A stretch of DNA of 64,000 nucleotides from Raja brachyura (taxonomy: Eukaryota), in contig OY740807.1 in the NCBI GenBank assembly GCA_963514005.1, positions 29,636,001 to 29,700,000 on the forward strand. Direction: 5' to 3'. Made by a program: the position numbers and the translations under genes. The notes under the pieces were generated by a model that worked only from the letters and a program-made list of their open reading frames with translations, ran no database searches and had not been told where the DNA came from. This document shows, piece after piece, positions 34,380-47,047 of this stretch; the stretch's first letter is position 1, and the number at the start of each line of letters is the position of its first letter.

Positions 34380-34845
34380 AGATTCACCACGCCAGAGAAA
34401 CAAACTGTTTTCTTCATCTGCATCTTGAATAGCTGACCCCTTATCCTAAGACAGCCTTAGCTCTAGACACCCTGGCGAGCAGAAACACACTCTCCACCTG
34501 AGAAATAATTTTGTATGTTTCAATGAGGTCCTCACACATTCTTTTAAACTCAAGAGAATGTAGACCCTCTCTACCTAATCTCACCAAACATGAGAAATAC
34601 ATGAGAATTATTCAAAAGTAACCTTTATGGGACAACTTTTATCCTTCCTTAGGGAAACCAGAAATGTGCATTGCATTGCAGATGCGTTCTCACTAGGATC
34701 CTGCATAATTGGAGCAAGATAAATTCATTCTTGTACTCAAATCCTCTTGCTGTTTAATACCAATATGCCATTTGTCTTCCTAATTACTTACTAAATACAT
34801 GTTAACTTTCAGTGATTCATTAACAATGCCATCAGGTCCTTCTGT
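34380..34845 (-). mobile_element. Old CR1 fragment
   Basis: Degenerate CR1 motifs gattcaccac, tatgtttcaatgaggtc and tactcaaatcctcttgc. Confidence 0.6.
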
Positions 34846-35477
34846 TACTCAGGAGAGGGAGGGGGGCTAACTTTCTTTGTTTTTACTCATGCCCTTTGAC
34901 ATATGCCATTGAGGCTCAGATTAATTCTCCACCACTTTTTGACTCCACGGTGTCTAACTGATTCATAGACTGGGATGAATCATGAATTTCTCCAGCTGAA
35001 CATTGGAAAACCTTCATCTTGGTTCTGTGCCCCCAGACTCTTTTAATTAAGCTCTGGTTTTGTTTCTCTCCCCCCCCCCCCCCCCCCCCCCCCCCCCACC
35101 GCCCCCACTTGTCATGGCCTCAGCTTGACCCAGGCTGCTTGTAACTTTGGCATCAGCTTTTGGAGATTTAATTTATCTCAATTTGATCTGAAACCCTTAT
35201 CCTTGCCATCCATTCAGGCTCTGGCTCCATCTTCAGAATATGTGAGCCCATTAACACCTGCTCCTGAAATATGACTTTACTATCCAGTTCTAACAAATGC
35301 CCCACCTTCCACAAAGATAAACTAAGTTCGTCCCTAAACTGGCCCTATCCTAGTCAGTGCAACGTCCTATTCCCTATATTAGCCGAACAAGGTAGTCTCA
35401 CTATGCCTAAAATTAAAAATACTAGTCTCTTTTGCTTTTGTCTCTCCCTATGATGTCTGTCTTCCCTCAATCATGAA

Positions 35478-36363
35478 GCTAGTATGGATTTGGATTTTCA
35501 ATATTCAAACTGGTGGGCTGTAAGCTGCCGAGCGAAATGTGAAATGCTGTTCCTCCAATTTATGTTTAGCCTCACTCTGACAAGGGAGGAGACCATGGAC
35601 AGAAAGGTCAGTGTGGGAATGGGAAGGAGAATTAAAGTGTTTAGCAACCAGGAGATCATTTAAGTCCAGGCGGACTGAGCGAAGGTGTTCAGCGAAACGG
35701 TCGTCAGTCTGCGATTAGTCTCGCCGACATATAAGAGTCCACATCTTGAACAATGGGTACAGTAGTTGAGGATGGAGGCGGTGCAAGTGAATCTCTGCCT
35801 AACCTGAACGGTCTGTCGGGGTCCCTGGACAAAGTCGAGGGAGGAGGTATAGCGACAGGTGTTGAATCCCCTGCAGTTGCAGGGGAAGGTAGCTGGGTAG
35901 GGGGTGGTTTGGATGGGAAGGGATGAGTTAACCAGGGAGTTATGGAGGGAATGGTCTCTGTGAGAGGCGGAAAGGGGTGGAGTGGGAAGATGTGGCTAGT
36001 GGTGGGATCCTATTGAAGGTGGCAAAAATGTTGGAGGATTATGTGTTGTATGCGAGAGCTGACGGGGTGAAAGGTAAGGACTAGGGGGACTATCTCAGTT
36101 GCGACTGAGGGGGAAGGGGAGCAGGGGCAGAGCTACGGGGTACCGATGTACGCCTCATCTATGATGGGGGAGGGGAACCCCCGTTCCCTAAAGAATGAGG
36201 ACATCTCAGGTCCTGTTATGGAACACCTCATCTTGGGCGCAGAAGCGGCATAGACGGAGGAATTGGTTGTAGGGGATAAGAGTTTTTGCAGGAAGCAGGA
36301 TGGGAAGAAGTGTAGTCGAGATAGTGTGGGAGTCAGTGGGTTTGTAATAGATGTCAGTCGATA
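35478..36363 (-). mobile_element. Penelope-like element fragment (RT C-terminus and GIY-YIG), degenerate
   Basis: The reverse peptide TDIYYKPTDSH...IPYNQFLRLCRFCAQDEVFH is collinear with about 62370-63250. Confidence 0.85.
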
Positions 36364-37246
36364 AATATGTGCACACTGCAGAGAACTGAATTGAAGACAT
36401 TAGCAGAAAAAAATCCATTGTTGTAGTGTAGCACTCTCTGAAGGTTAGTGACTCATGAAACATTGGTAAGGCAGATGCAGAGAGGCTCTTTATTCAGGCT
36501 GGGGAGTCTAGACCTATGCGGTCATGGGATACAGTTATTTAGGACAGATGATGGGAAATATTACTTGGAGGACTTTAAATCCTTTGAATTTTCTACTCAA
36601 GAAGGTTGTGCTTTCTCAGTGTAGTATATTAAAAACAATGGAGTTAGGGAATTTGGAAATATAACTGAACAGAAAAAGCAGTGGTCCAGACATGATCTTA
36701 AGGCAGAGCAGGATTGAGGGTCTTTTTGCTTTTTTGTTCCTTATTCCTGTTCTGTTTCTTGCAGCTATTGATGTGAACCAATCGCTGAAGCTAATGGGGT
36801 TTGGATTATTATCACAGGCTATTTCTCTATAGAACAAAATGCATCCTGTGCTTCTGTCCTGGAGACCTTGGTTAAGCTTGGAACTTGACCAGTTTTGGCC
36901 TCTTTGCATGGTGGTAGAAATTGAAGTTTTGGAAACGGATAAAGTTAATTATCCTTCTGGAAAAGCTTAGTCGCATACAGAGATTCAAGGGACTGAATCT
37001 GTGCATATTAGAAAAGTATAGACATGGCTGATTGGATCAAGGTATGTAGAGCAGCAAAGATTCTGAACTATATAATGTACTAATTTTTTCAGTTATATCA
37101 CTCATGGAAAATCAGAAATCAAAATTTCTTCCCTAATTATTCACTTTTCAGGATCCGGGATTCAATGACATGGTCAACATTAACTGTACATTACTAATTA
37201 CCCTCGAGAACATAGTGATAAATGTTCTTCCAGAATCCCTGCAGTC

Positions 37247-39033
37247 CTTGAAGACTGATAAAAAGTGAATTTATTATGGGGAACAAGGAAATGGCATACG
37301 AGTTGAACAGGTACTTTGGATCCATCTTCACTAAGGAGGACACAAACAATCTTTCTGATATACTAGTGGCCAGAGGTTCTGGGGTGACGGAGGAACTGAA
37401 GGAAATCCACCTTAGGCAGAAAATGGTGCTGGGTAGACTGATGGCACTGAAGGCTGATAAATCCCCAGGGCCTGATGGTCCGCATCCCAGGGTACTTAAT
37501 GAAGTGGCTCTAGAAATCGTGGACGCATTTGTGATAATTTTCCAATGTTCAATAGATTCAGGATCAGTTTCTGTGGATTGGAGGATAGCTAATGTTATCC
37601 CACTTTTTAAGAAAGACAGGAGAGAGAAAACAGGGAATTATAGACCAGTTAGCCTGACATCGGTGGTGGGGAAGATGCTGGAATCAATTATAAAAGATGA
37701 GATAGCCGAACATTTGGGTAGCAGTAACAAGATCGGTCCGAGTCAGCATGGATTTACGAAGGGGAAATCATGCTTGACTAATCTTCTGCAATTTTTTTAT
37801 GATTTAACTAGGCTAATGGCAAGGGAGAGCCAGTGGAAGTAGTGTACCTGGACTTTCAGAAAACATTTGATAAGGTCCCACATAGGAGATTATTGGGTAA
37901 AATTAGGGCACATGGTATTGGGGGTAGAGTGCTGACATGGATAGAAAATTGGTTGGCAGACAGGAAACAAAGAGTAGGGATTAACAGGTCCCTTTCAGAA
38001 TGGCATGCAGTGACTAGTGGGGTACCACAAGGCTCGGTGCTGGGACCGCTGCTATTTACAATATTTATCAATGATTTAGATGAAGGGATTCAAAGTAATA
38101 TTAGCAAATTTGCAGATGACACAAAGCTGGGTGGCAGTGTGAACTGTGCGGAGGATGCTATGAGAATGCAGGGTGACTTGGACAGGTTGGGTGAGTGGGC
38201 AGATGCATGGAAGATGCAGTTTAATGTGCATTAATGTGAGGTTATCCACTTTGGTAGCAAAAACAGGAAGGCAGATTACTATGTAAACGGTTTTGTTGGG
38301 AAAAGTGGAAGTACAACAGGATCTGGGGGTCCTTGTTCATTAGTCAATGAAAGTAAGCATGCAGGTGCAGCAGGCTGTTAAGAGAGCTAATGGCATGTTG
38401 GCCTTCATAACAAGAGTAGTTGAGTATAGGAGCAAAGAGGTCCTTCTGCAGTTGTATAGGGCCCTAATGAGACCACACCTGGAGTATTGTGTGTAGTTTT
38501 GGTCCCCTAATTTGAGGAAGGACATTCTTGCTATTGAGGGAGTGCAGTGAAGGTTTACAAGATAAATCCCCGGGATGACGGGACTGTCATATGCTGAGAG
38601 AATGGATGGCTGGGCTTGTACACTCTGAAGTTTAGAAGGTTGAGAGGAGATCTTATTGAAATATATGAGATTATTAAGGGTTTGGACACGCTAGACAGCA
38701 AACATATTCCCGATGTTGGGGGAGTCCAGAACCAGGGGCCACAGTTTAAGAATAAGGGGTAATCATTTAGAATGAGGAAGACGAGGAAACACTTTTTCTC
38801 ACAGAGAGTTGTGAGTCTGTGGAATTCTCTGCTTCGGAGGGTGGTGGAGGCAGGTTCTCTGGATACTTTCAACTGAGAGCTAGATAGGGCTCTTAAAGAT
38901 AGCAGAGTCGGGGGATATAAGGAGAAGGCCGGATTGGGGTACTGATTGGGGTTGATCAGCCATGATCACATTGAATGGCGGTGCTGGGTCGAAGGGCCGA
39001 ATGGCCTGCACCTATTGTCTATTGTTTATTGTC
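37247..39033 (+). mobile_element. CR1 LINE, 5'-truncated ORF2 (RT) with frameshifts
   Basis: Motifs KSPGPDG, NYRPVSLTS, QHGF, YLDFQKTFDKVPH, SGVPQGSVLGP and KFADDTKL, followed by a ctattgt tail. Confidence 0.93.
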
Positions 39034-39284
39034 CTTCACATGAAATTACTCTGTGGGACATGAAATAGTGCTGTGGGACAGAGTGTTCCTGTATTTACAC
39101 AATGAAGGACCAGCAATGTATTTCTAAGTTAGGATGCTGTGTCCGACTTGGCAGGTAACCTGCAAGTGATGTTCCTATGTGCCTGACTCTCGTGTCACTG
39201 TTGGTAGAGATTGCAGATGTGGGCATCGCTGTTGGATAGTTGCAGATACAATGCAGCCAGAGTTGGAAGTGGAAAAATAGTTCA

Positions 39285-39953
39285 TGCTAGCTGATGAGGA
39301 TCCACCCCAAAACCAGCAACCCTATCTTTTTGCACGGCACTGCTGTCGAGGAGGTAGAAACATTCACATACCTAAGCAGTGTTGTGGACATCACCGGAGG
39401 GGCAGAGGCAGACATAAAAAAGTAGAATCAATAAGGATAAGGTGGTGTTTAACATGCTCAGGAAGATCTGGAGCTCAAAACACAACGCAATCAACACCAA
39501 AATGCACATCTTTAACTCAAATGTGAAACAGGTGATGCTATATGGATCAGATACATGGAAAACAACAAAACACACTACAAACAGGCTGCAAACATTCATT
39601 AACACCTGCCTTATGAGAATACTTAACATCTGGTGGAGAGACAAAGTAAGCAATGTGGACCTGTGGTGAAGAACAAGCCAGGAGCCCATTGACTTACAAA
39701 TTCTGAGGAGAAAATGGAGATGGATTGGACACACCCTCAGGAAACTTGCCACAAACATCACCTGCAAAGCCCTGAAATTGTACCCCCAAGGAAAAAGGAA
39801 AAGAGGTCACCCCAGGAACAGCTGGAGAAGAGGTGCCCGACAGAAATATCTGAGAGTGAGCTCAACTGGGGAGCATCTCGAAAGAACTGCCAACAACCGA
39901 GTGAGGTGGAGGACATTTGCTAGAGAAGCGAAGAGCTTAAGAAGAAGAAGAAG
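39285..39953 (+). mobile_element. RTE-clade LINE 3' fragment
   Basis: Reads IFNSNVKQVMLYGSDTWK...LQTFINTCLMRILNIWW...RKWRWIGHTLRK...PQGKRKRGHPRNSW and ends in an (AAG)n tail. Confidence 0.8.
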
Positions 39954-41778
39954 CCAATGGGGTACCTACGTAGGATGTTTCAAAGGGTCGAATGGCCTAC
40001 TCCTGCACCTATTTTTCTATGTTTTCTATGAATACCCAGTCTTTGACCTTCTCTTGTAATCACGGTGCTTATGCAGCTGGACCGGTTAAATTTGTGGTCA
40101 GTGTTGTTGTTGGGTGACTCGGTGATGGTTGATTACGGAGTCATAGAGTAATAGGCCCTTTGGCCCAACCTGTCCATGGAGACTAAGATGCTCCATCTAA
40201 TCTCGTTCCATTTGCCCGTGTTTGGCCCTTAAACCTTTCCTATCCATGTATGTGTCCATGTGCCTTTAAAAAGCTGTTATAGTACCTGTTCCATATAACA
40301 ACCACCCTCTGAGTGAATGGTTGTCCCTCAAGTTTATATTGAATCTTGCCCTTCTCACGTTAACCAGATGTCCTTTTGTTTTTGATTCCACTACCCTTGT
40401 TATTAGATTCTGCCTTGTTGGCAATGGTCACTGCCTGGTATTCATTTGTGGTACAAATGTAACTTGCCACTCATCAGCCTGTCCTAAATGGAGTGTAAAT
40501 CATGTGCATGTAGAAGTGCTTCATTTGCTGCAGTCATAAATAGAATTATGCCAATTATAAGAGAACCACTTTTGATCTCATGATGGAAGCTTATTGCTGG
40601 CGTAGCTGGCCTGGGCTGGAAAAATTGGCCTCAAACCACACCCAGTTTCCTTTCTGCAAGTTCTGACTCCAGTCATTTCTACCATTGCACAAGTAGAAAT
40701 AGATTGTTAGTTGCAATAGTTTGCCGATCATCCAGTGAATGATCATTTGATTTATTCAATCACGAGAGCTGGATCTCTTTCACACTGACTTGGATTATCT
40801 TGGACGGTAAATACAACTCTTGGCTGTGTGATTTCCATGACTATCTTCAATCTATCGTCAATGGGGTTTTTTTATTGCACCAGTCTGCCTGGAGATTTAC
40901 CATTTCATCCACCCAGTATATTCCAGGTCTCCTGGTGGAAAGGCAAAACTTGTATAGTCATGGACAATCATCTGCAGGAGTCCAGGATATCTTTACATGT
41001 TATGTGTTTGTGGGTCTAGGTCCAGAGCACTGGAGTTCTTTTCCTGATCCCTTCTGTCTTCCAAATCCTGCTTTTCCATTGAAACATGTGAAATCTTGAA
41101 AATTAAACGGAACTATTAGTTTTCCTCCTAAATATTCTGCTTCTCGAGCTCAGCTTCCATTTAGTCTGAAGGTTATATTCATTGTGTTCACTGAAATTCC
41201 ATTAAGCCTATGCTCTTGGAGACTATGCAGTAAGATTTGTGTAACACTACATTTTTGATGTTCATCACTATTTAATGGGACTAAACCTAGAACTGATGTT
41301 CAAGCTACATATGTACGAAAGGCCAATATACCACAAACTGTCTGTGAGTGAATTACAATCTGGAATCTAATTACGAGGTCTTGAGATTAAATTGTGGTCT
41401 GAGCTTGCAGCTTGTTTTTTTTATCAATATGTTGTGCTGATTCTTTTTTGGTTTTGGCCGGTTATACAGAACCTGGTTAGTACAGTAAGATTATCTTCAT
41501 TTTCAGAACCTAGACAAGGCTGGCAAGATCAGTATTTATTGTTCCGTCTCTATTTGTCCTTAAGAAGATAGTGATGACCCACTGCTTTGAATGACTGCAT
41601 TATTGCTGGTGAAGGTTTTCTCACTGTAGTGTCGGGTAGGGATTCCCATGATCTAGAGTCAGCAATGATGATGACAATATATTTCCACATCAGATAGTTT
41701 GTGACTTGGATGGGAACCTGCTGTTGATGGTGTGCCATGCCTTTGTCTTTGTGGGCAGTGAGTGCTGATGCTTGGAAG

Positions 41779-42180
41779 GTCATAAGTTCACAAGTTATAG
41801 GAGTCGAACTAGGCCATTCGACCCATCGAGTCTACTCCGCCATTCAATCATGGCTGATTTCTGCCTCCTAAACCAGTTTTCCTGCCTTCTCTCCATAATC
41901 CTTGCCACCCAGTCTAATCAAGAATTTGCCTATCTCTGCCTTAAAGATGTCCACTGACTTGGCCTCCACTGTCCACTGTGGCAATGAGTTCCACAGATTA
42001 ACCGCCCTCTGACTAAAGAAGTTCCTCCTCACCTCCTTTCGAAAAAAGAGCGGCCTTTAATTCTGAGGCTATGACTTCTGGTCCTCGACTCTCCCAACAG
42101 TAGAAACATCCTTTTCACTCTATCTATGCCTTTCTTTATTTTGTAAGTTTCAATGAGGTCCCCCCTCAACATGTCCCCCT
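41779..42180 (-). mobile_element. CR1 3' fragment
   Basis: Reads taggccattcgacccatcgag...ccgccattcaatcatggctga...tttcaatgaggtcccc, from the same subfamily as 285-842. Confidence 0.8.
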
Positions 42181-42456
42181 CAGTCATGATGGACTGTCCT
42201 GAATGTATAACTGCAGTATGGCTTGTAGATGGTTCACACTGCAGCCATCGTGTGCTGGTAGTGGAGGAAATGAATGTTTATGGTGCCTGAAAGTGTGCAG
42301 CTCAAATAGGTTGTTTTGTCTTGGATGCTGTTGAACTAATTGAGAGTTGTTGGCATTGCACCCCATCCAGGCAAGTATTCCATTGTGCTTCTGACCTGTG
42401 CCTTGTAGGTGAGGAACGGGTTTAAGGTACCAGGAAGTGAGTTACTTCTCATATGA

Positions 42457-42760
42457 TAGTTAGTTTAGTTTATGGGCACAGCATGGAAACAGGCCCTTCG
42501 GCCCACGGAGTCCACCCCAACCATCGATCACCCGTTCACACACTAGTGCTATGTTATCCCACTTTCTCATCCACTCCCTACACACTTGGGGTAATTTACA
42601 GAGGGCCAATTAACCTACAAACCGTCTTTGGGATCTGGGAGGAAACCCATGCGGTCACAGGAAGACCATGCAAACCACACAGGCAGACAGCGCCTGAGGT
42701 GAGGATCGAACCCGGGTCGCTGGCGCTGGGAGGCAGCGGCTCTATCAGCTGTGCCACCTG
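42457..42760 (-). mobile_element. tRNA-derived SINE
   Basis: The minus-strand B box (cgggttcgatcc) appears on the plus strand as ggatcgaacccg. The tail is gtttagttta. Confidence 0.75.
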
Positions 42761-43280
42761 TGTAGGTCTGTAACCTATTCCTGAAAGCACAGTATTTACA
42801 CGGCCGGTCTGGTTAAGCTTCTGGTCGATGGATATTGATGATGGGTTCTTGGCGATGATAAGTGGTTGGACGCTATTTTGTCTGAAATGGTTATTGCCTG
42901 ACATTTCTGTGGCACAGATGTTTGTTTTCACTTGCCTGAAGATTGTCCAGGCCTTACCGCATGCAGGCATGGGCTGCCTCATTTGCTAAGCATTTATTGT
43001 AACATCTCCAAAATAAAATGTTCACTAATCTAAGCTCTAATCATTATACAGCTTCAGCATAACTTTCTTAATTAAATATTCCATGTGTTTATTGGAATAT
43101 AATCTGATTTTCAGAAAAGCACATGCAGGTTGATTTGATGGAACGTTTTTTTATGAAGTTAATTGTCCTGACAATTCATCATCCATTACCGTGTATCTAA
43201 TCTTAAACTGCATTGGTTAATTGCCGCTCACTACATTCTCCAGCACTCTTTCATCTTTTTTAAAATGTCCTGTCTTTCAG

Positions 43281-43355
43281 AAACAAAGGAGGAATTGGAA
43301 GAACTGATGACGGATATTAAGAAGACAGCAAATAAGGTCCGCTCCAAGTTAAAGA
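43281..43355 (+). CDS. STX1A: Syntaxin-1A internal coding exon (75 nt, Habc domain)
   Basis: Acceptor tgtctttcag| and donor |gtaagt. It encodes (K)[24 protein letters not shown](S). KEELEELM and KLKS fit STX1A better than STX1B (KQELEDLT, KLKA), from recalled mammalian sequences. Confidence 0.93.
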
Positions 43356-44271
43356 GTAAGTATGTGATTTTTCGCAGCCATCTGCATCAAAACCTGTTAA
43401 ATTATGTATTGTTCAACATTTCAGATTTTGGAGCCATGGAGAGATACAGCACAAAAAACAGACTCTGGGTCCATTAAGTCCACGCAAACCACAAAGTGGA
43501 GGGGGAATAAACAGAGGGGTATAGAGAAATGGTGAAGGGGAGGAGTTGAGGCCAGCAAAAATCAGCCATGATGATATTAAATGGCACAACAGGCTTGAAG
43601 GTCTTGACAGCTCGCTCCTATTCCCATTTTGTGTTCATGTGATGGCTGTTGTGCAGACTGCAGCTAAGAAATCACTTATAATTTCCCACTACCCCAATGG
43701 ACCATGACGCAGTGAAAGGCCAGCTGGCAATCGGAAACAAATCAGAAGATGTCACTTCCCAGAATCAGCACTGTAAACTGAGCCTCCCATAGAAAACTCT
43801 GTCCTGTCGTTAACATTTGTGTGCAAATGGAAGATCTAACCTAAACCTCTCCTAATCCTTCTCTTTTATTTCTTTAGTAAAGTATCCTCTGAACTCTCTG
43901 CATTCAGTTTGATTCCTACACCCTTTTTCTTGTGTTTTAATATTTTTTATATATCATTGAAGAATCTCACGCATAGAATGCCATTCATTTCCTTTCCTTC
44001 TAATGTGAAGGAATGATGAGTGTCTCATTGCTTGGCAGGGCAATTGAAATCAAATCCATTTTAGCCAGATCCTTTTCAGCTCACTGCAATTAGTCTTTCT
44101 CCAGTGGAGGATTATTTTTATTTTATTGTTCTGCTTCTCTTTTTTCCTTCAGCTCTGCATTGTCATTACAAATCCAAATGCTCCTCCACTGAACCATGAT
44201 CCATTTATTCATTCATTTCCTTAAAACTGGATCAAATTGGTTCCCTTCTTGTTGGGCTAGAATTAACCTGA

Positions 44272-46016
44272 AGGGCCTGTCCCACTTAGGCGACTTTTTA
44301 GGCGAGTGCAGGAGACTCTGCGCTCACCACATGGTCTCCACATGTTCCCGCAATCTGGGAACTAGTCGCGGCCTCAGTATGGCTGCCACAAATCTTTCTA
44401 CCTGTTGAAAATGTTTCTGCGACCAAAACTTGATCGCCATGAAGAAAATCGATACTTTTGTAATCGTAGGTGCAGTTGTAGTGGGGTCGCCATGTAGTTA
44501 TAGGTAGTCGAGCTAGTCGTAGGTAGTTTTAGTCAATTGCCTTTGCATGACCGGGCATTTTCATTGGCTCATTGGGGGAAACAACTGTAAGCACGAGTTT
44601 CAGAACCAAGGAAAACCGACCGGTAATGTTAAATGCCCACCGAACTTCACAGCTGTGTATCTCTGGCTTATTAAAAGTTGTCTGGCTTCTTAAAAGTAGG
44701 TATGTTACAATACCTACCTTTAGCGGTGCTGCAGTTCTGCCGCTCCCCGTGTGCGCCTTTCAGGGGGGGGCGTGTTTAAAATGCCGTTTTTTCCCTAGAC
44801 AGTCCAAATCGATCCATGTCGGGCGATTTCGTCGCTAAAGAGAAATCGCTTCGACATTTCATTCATGAGAGTATTTTTAAACTACGCTAGATTATTTATT
44901 AACTAGAGTAGTTTAAAAATCATCTTCTAAAGCTCTGAACGCCGACAGCAGAACGGACCTAACGTAGGGGAGAAAATAAAGTGCACAGTTTCTTGTTACA
45001 TTAAAACTTGGTTTTTAGGAAGGCTTTAATCACATTTTCATGTTGCGAAAAGGGGACAAAAAAAATGTATGAACCGGCTGTATTTTTCCTGCCAACTTCA
45101 CCGCAAACCGCAACGTTCCAATCCACCGCAATCCTCTAAAACCCACTCACTAGTTGATTTAAATGGCCATTAATTTACAGGCATTAAACACTGAATTCCT
45201 TCCATTTGGCCTATAAATTCATGAAAATGAGATTTAAAAATCATGTCATATTGTGGATTATTGTGTGAATGTTATTTGGACACTTAGGCAATTTTAAAAA
45301 GTTTATCGTTTCTTAAGAAATGGATAGATGTTTAGATCTAGTAATTGAATTTTGTAATTAGCTACAATTAGATAACTATTGTATGCTTTAATTTCAGGTC
45401 ATCCAAGTAAGATTGTTTCATATTTGTTTCAGAATGCTTCAATCTATAATAACTGAAAATGTCATTGAGTTCTCTTAATTTTTAAGAAAGTTATGGGCTT
45501 TTGACTGTTCTAGATCACAGCTTTTGAGTAAAGTCAATGGAAAGACAATGGGGAACAAGATGCTAATTTCCGAGTATGGAAATGGCCATAACTTTTTTAA
45601 TACTGAAGATATGAAAGTGAATTAGGTGTCAAATTAAACTTCCCTTTGTGCTTTATCTGATGGGATAAATTGCAGACTTGATTTTTTAAATCTCAAAATT
45701 TTGTAACATTGCTATTAAAAGTGTCCCCACTCCTTCTCCTCCTTCTCTCTTTTAAAGGACTTACCATACACTGTGCTTGCCGTCGTAACCTTCCCGTTCA
45801 TCGCAGTGTGTGTCGATATCACCTTGGCTTTGCACCGTGTGAATTTCAGACACTGTTACCCCAGCTTTCCCCCGCCCCCGCCTTTGCGATGTGTTTGGTT
45901 GTGTGTTTGGTTCCACTCTGACAGTCGCATTCCAGTTCCCGGTTTTTCAGGCGAGTGCCGCAAACTTAACACACGCCGGCAATCCGCTGAAAAATCCCCT
46001 AAGTGGGACAGACCCT
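44272..46016. mobile_element. MITE family B copy, interrupted by a hAT-like insertion
   Basis: TIRs agggcctgtcccacttagg and cctaagtgggacagaccct, with TGA on both flanks. The interior is the reverse-oriented homologue of 22579-23327. Confidence 0.8.
44697..45714. mobile_element. hAT-like non-autonomous DNA transposon
   Basis: Imperfect TIRs taggtatgttacaa and ttgtaacattgcta, flanked by a ttaaaag(t) direct repeat. It is absent from the sister MITE copy at about 22910. Confidence 0.7.
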
Positions 46017-47047
46017 TGACTCCGATAGTTCTGAAGAACTTACCCCACTTTGCCTGCAATACTATCCTGCATCTCGATAATGACTGACTGGAAGAAACAA
46101 ATATCATTCAGAATAAAAAGATCCATCAAGATGTTTAAAGTATATTAAGCCAGGATTAAAGTACATGTGTGTAAACTTGTATAAGCATGATTATTGTCAT
46201 TCTCTTAATGAAATGTTCCTGTAAATGTGTCCTCTTCCCGATCCTCCCCCCTGGTTACAACCCTCATCTTATAATTCTTGGAAAGTGGTTTTACAATTCC
46301 TAATATTGCAACCGTAGCAAAATATAATGTGACAAAGCATCCAAATCCTCAGCCATATCCTTCACTCTCTTTATTTTGGATGTGCACTAGAAACCTTAGT
46401 CTGCATTGAATTTCTCCCCTATCTGATTTCTCCAATTTCTGAACTACATTATCCCGGTCCCTTCAATATGTTTTATCTTCTCACTAATACTTCTTTCTGG
46501 TTCATTTTCTGTTGCATTTTTTTTGTGTTTGTGCATTGTACTGAACTTTATTTGTTGAGTTCTCGGCACACTCCGAAATATGTGCTGGTTCTCGCTGATG
46601 ATTCAATGATGGTTCAAAGCGTGGACTTTCGAATGAGCAGAGATATTATTAATTGCTTGTCTGGTTGATTGCATTTTGCGGGATAAAGGATGGGAGGTGT
46701 AGAATTTGAGAGCCACAAAGTTGTGACAAACCTTTAGAAAACATTAATTTGCTGACAATTGAACCACTGTATCCACTGCAGAGCACCACGGTTTTGCAAA
46801 GATGTTTTACTCAATACTCCAGTGTGATGAACTAATTATGTGAATAGACTAGAGAAGTTGGAGTTGTTCTCCTTGAAGAGATTTGAAGTAATTTGAGTGA
46901 TGCATTTAAAAGAGTAGATGGAGAGAAACTGTTGAAGAACCAGCGGAGATAGAATGAATGTGAATGGCAAAGGAAGTGAGGGAACATGAGGGAAAAAGCA
47001 TTCATTCCGCAAGTTGCTATGGTCCAGTAAGCACTGGGAGGAGTAGT

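Noticed and set aside
35069-35107. Long poly(C) tract (also at 16832-16846), a potential G-quadruplex on the minus strand
   Set aside because: Simple homopolymer whose length is unreliable in assemblies. There is no further evidence of function.
46775-46800. Partial RE1/NRSE-like string (agcaccacgg) near a neuronal gene
   Set aside because: The right half-site (ACAG) is missing, and it lies in a decayed CR1 fragment.
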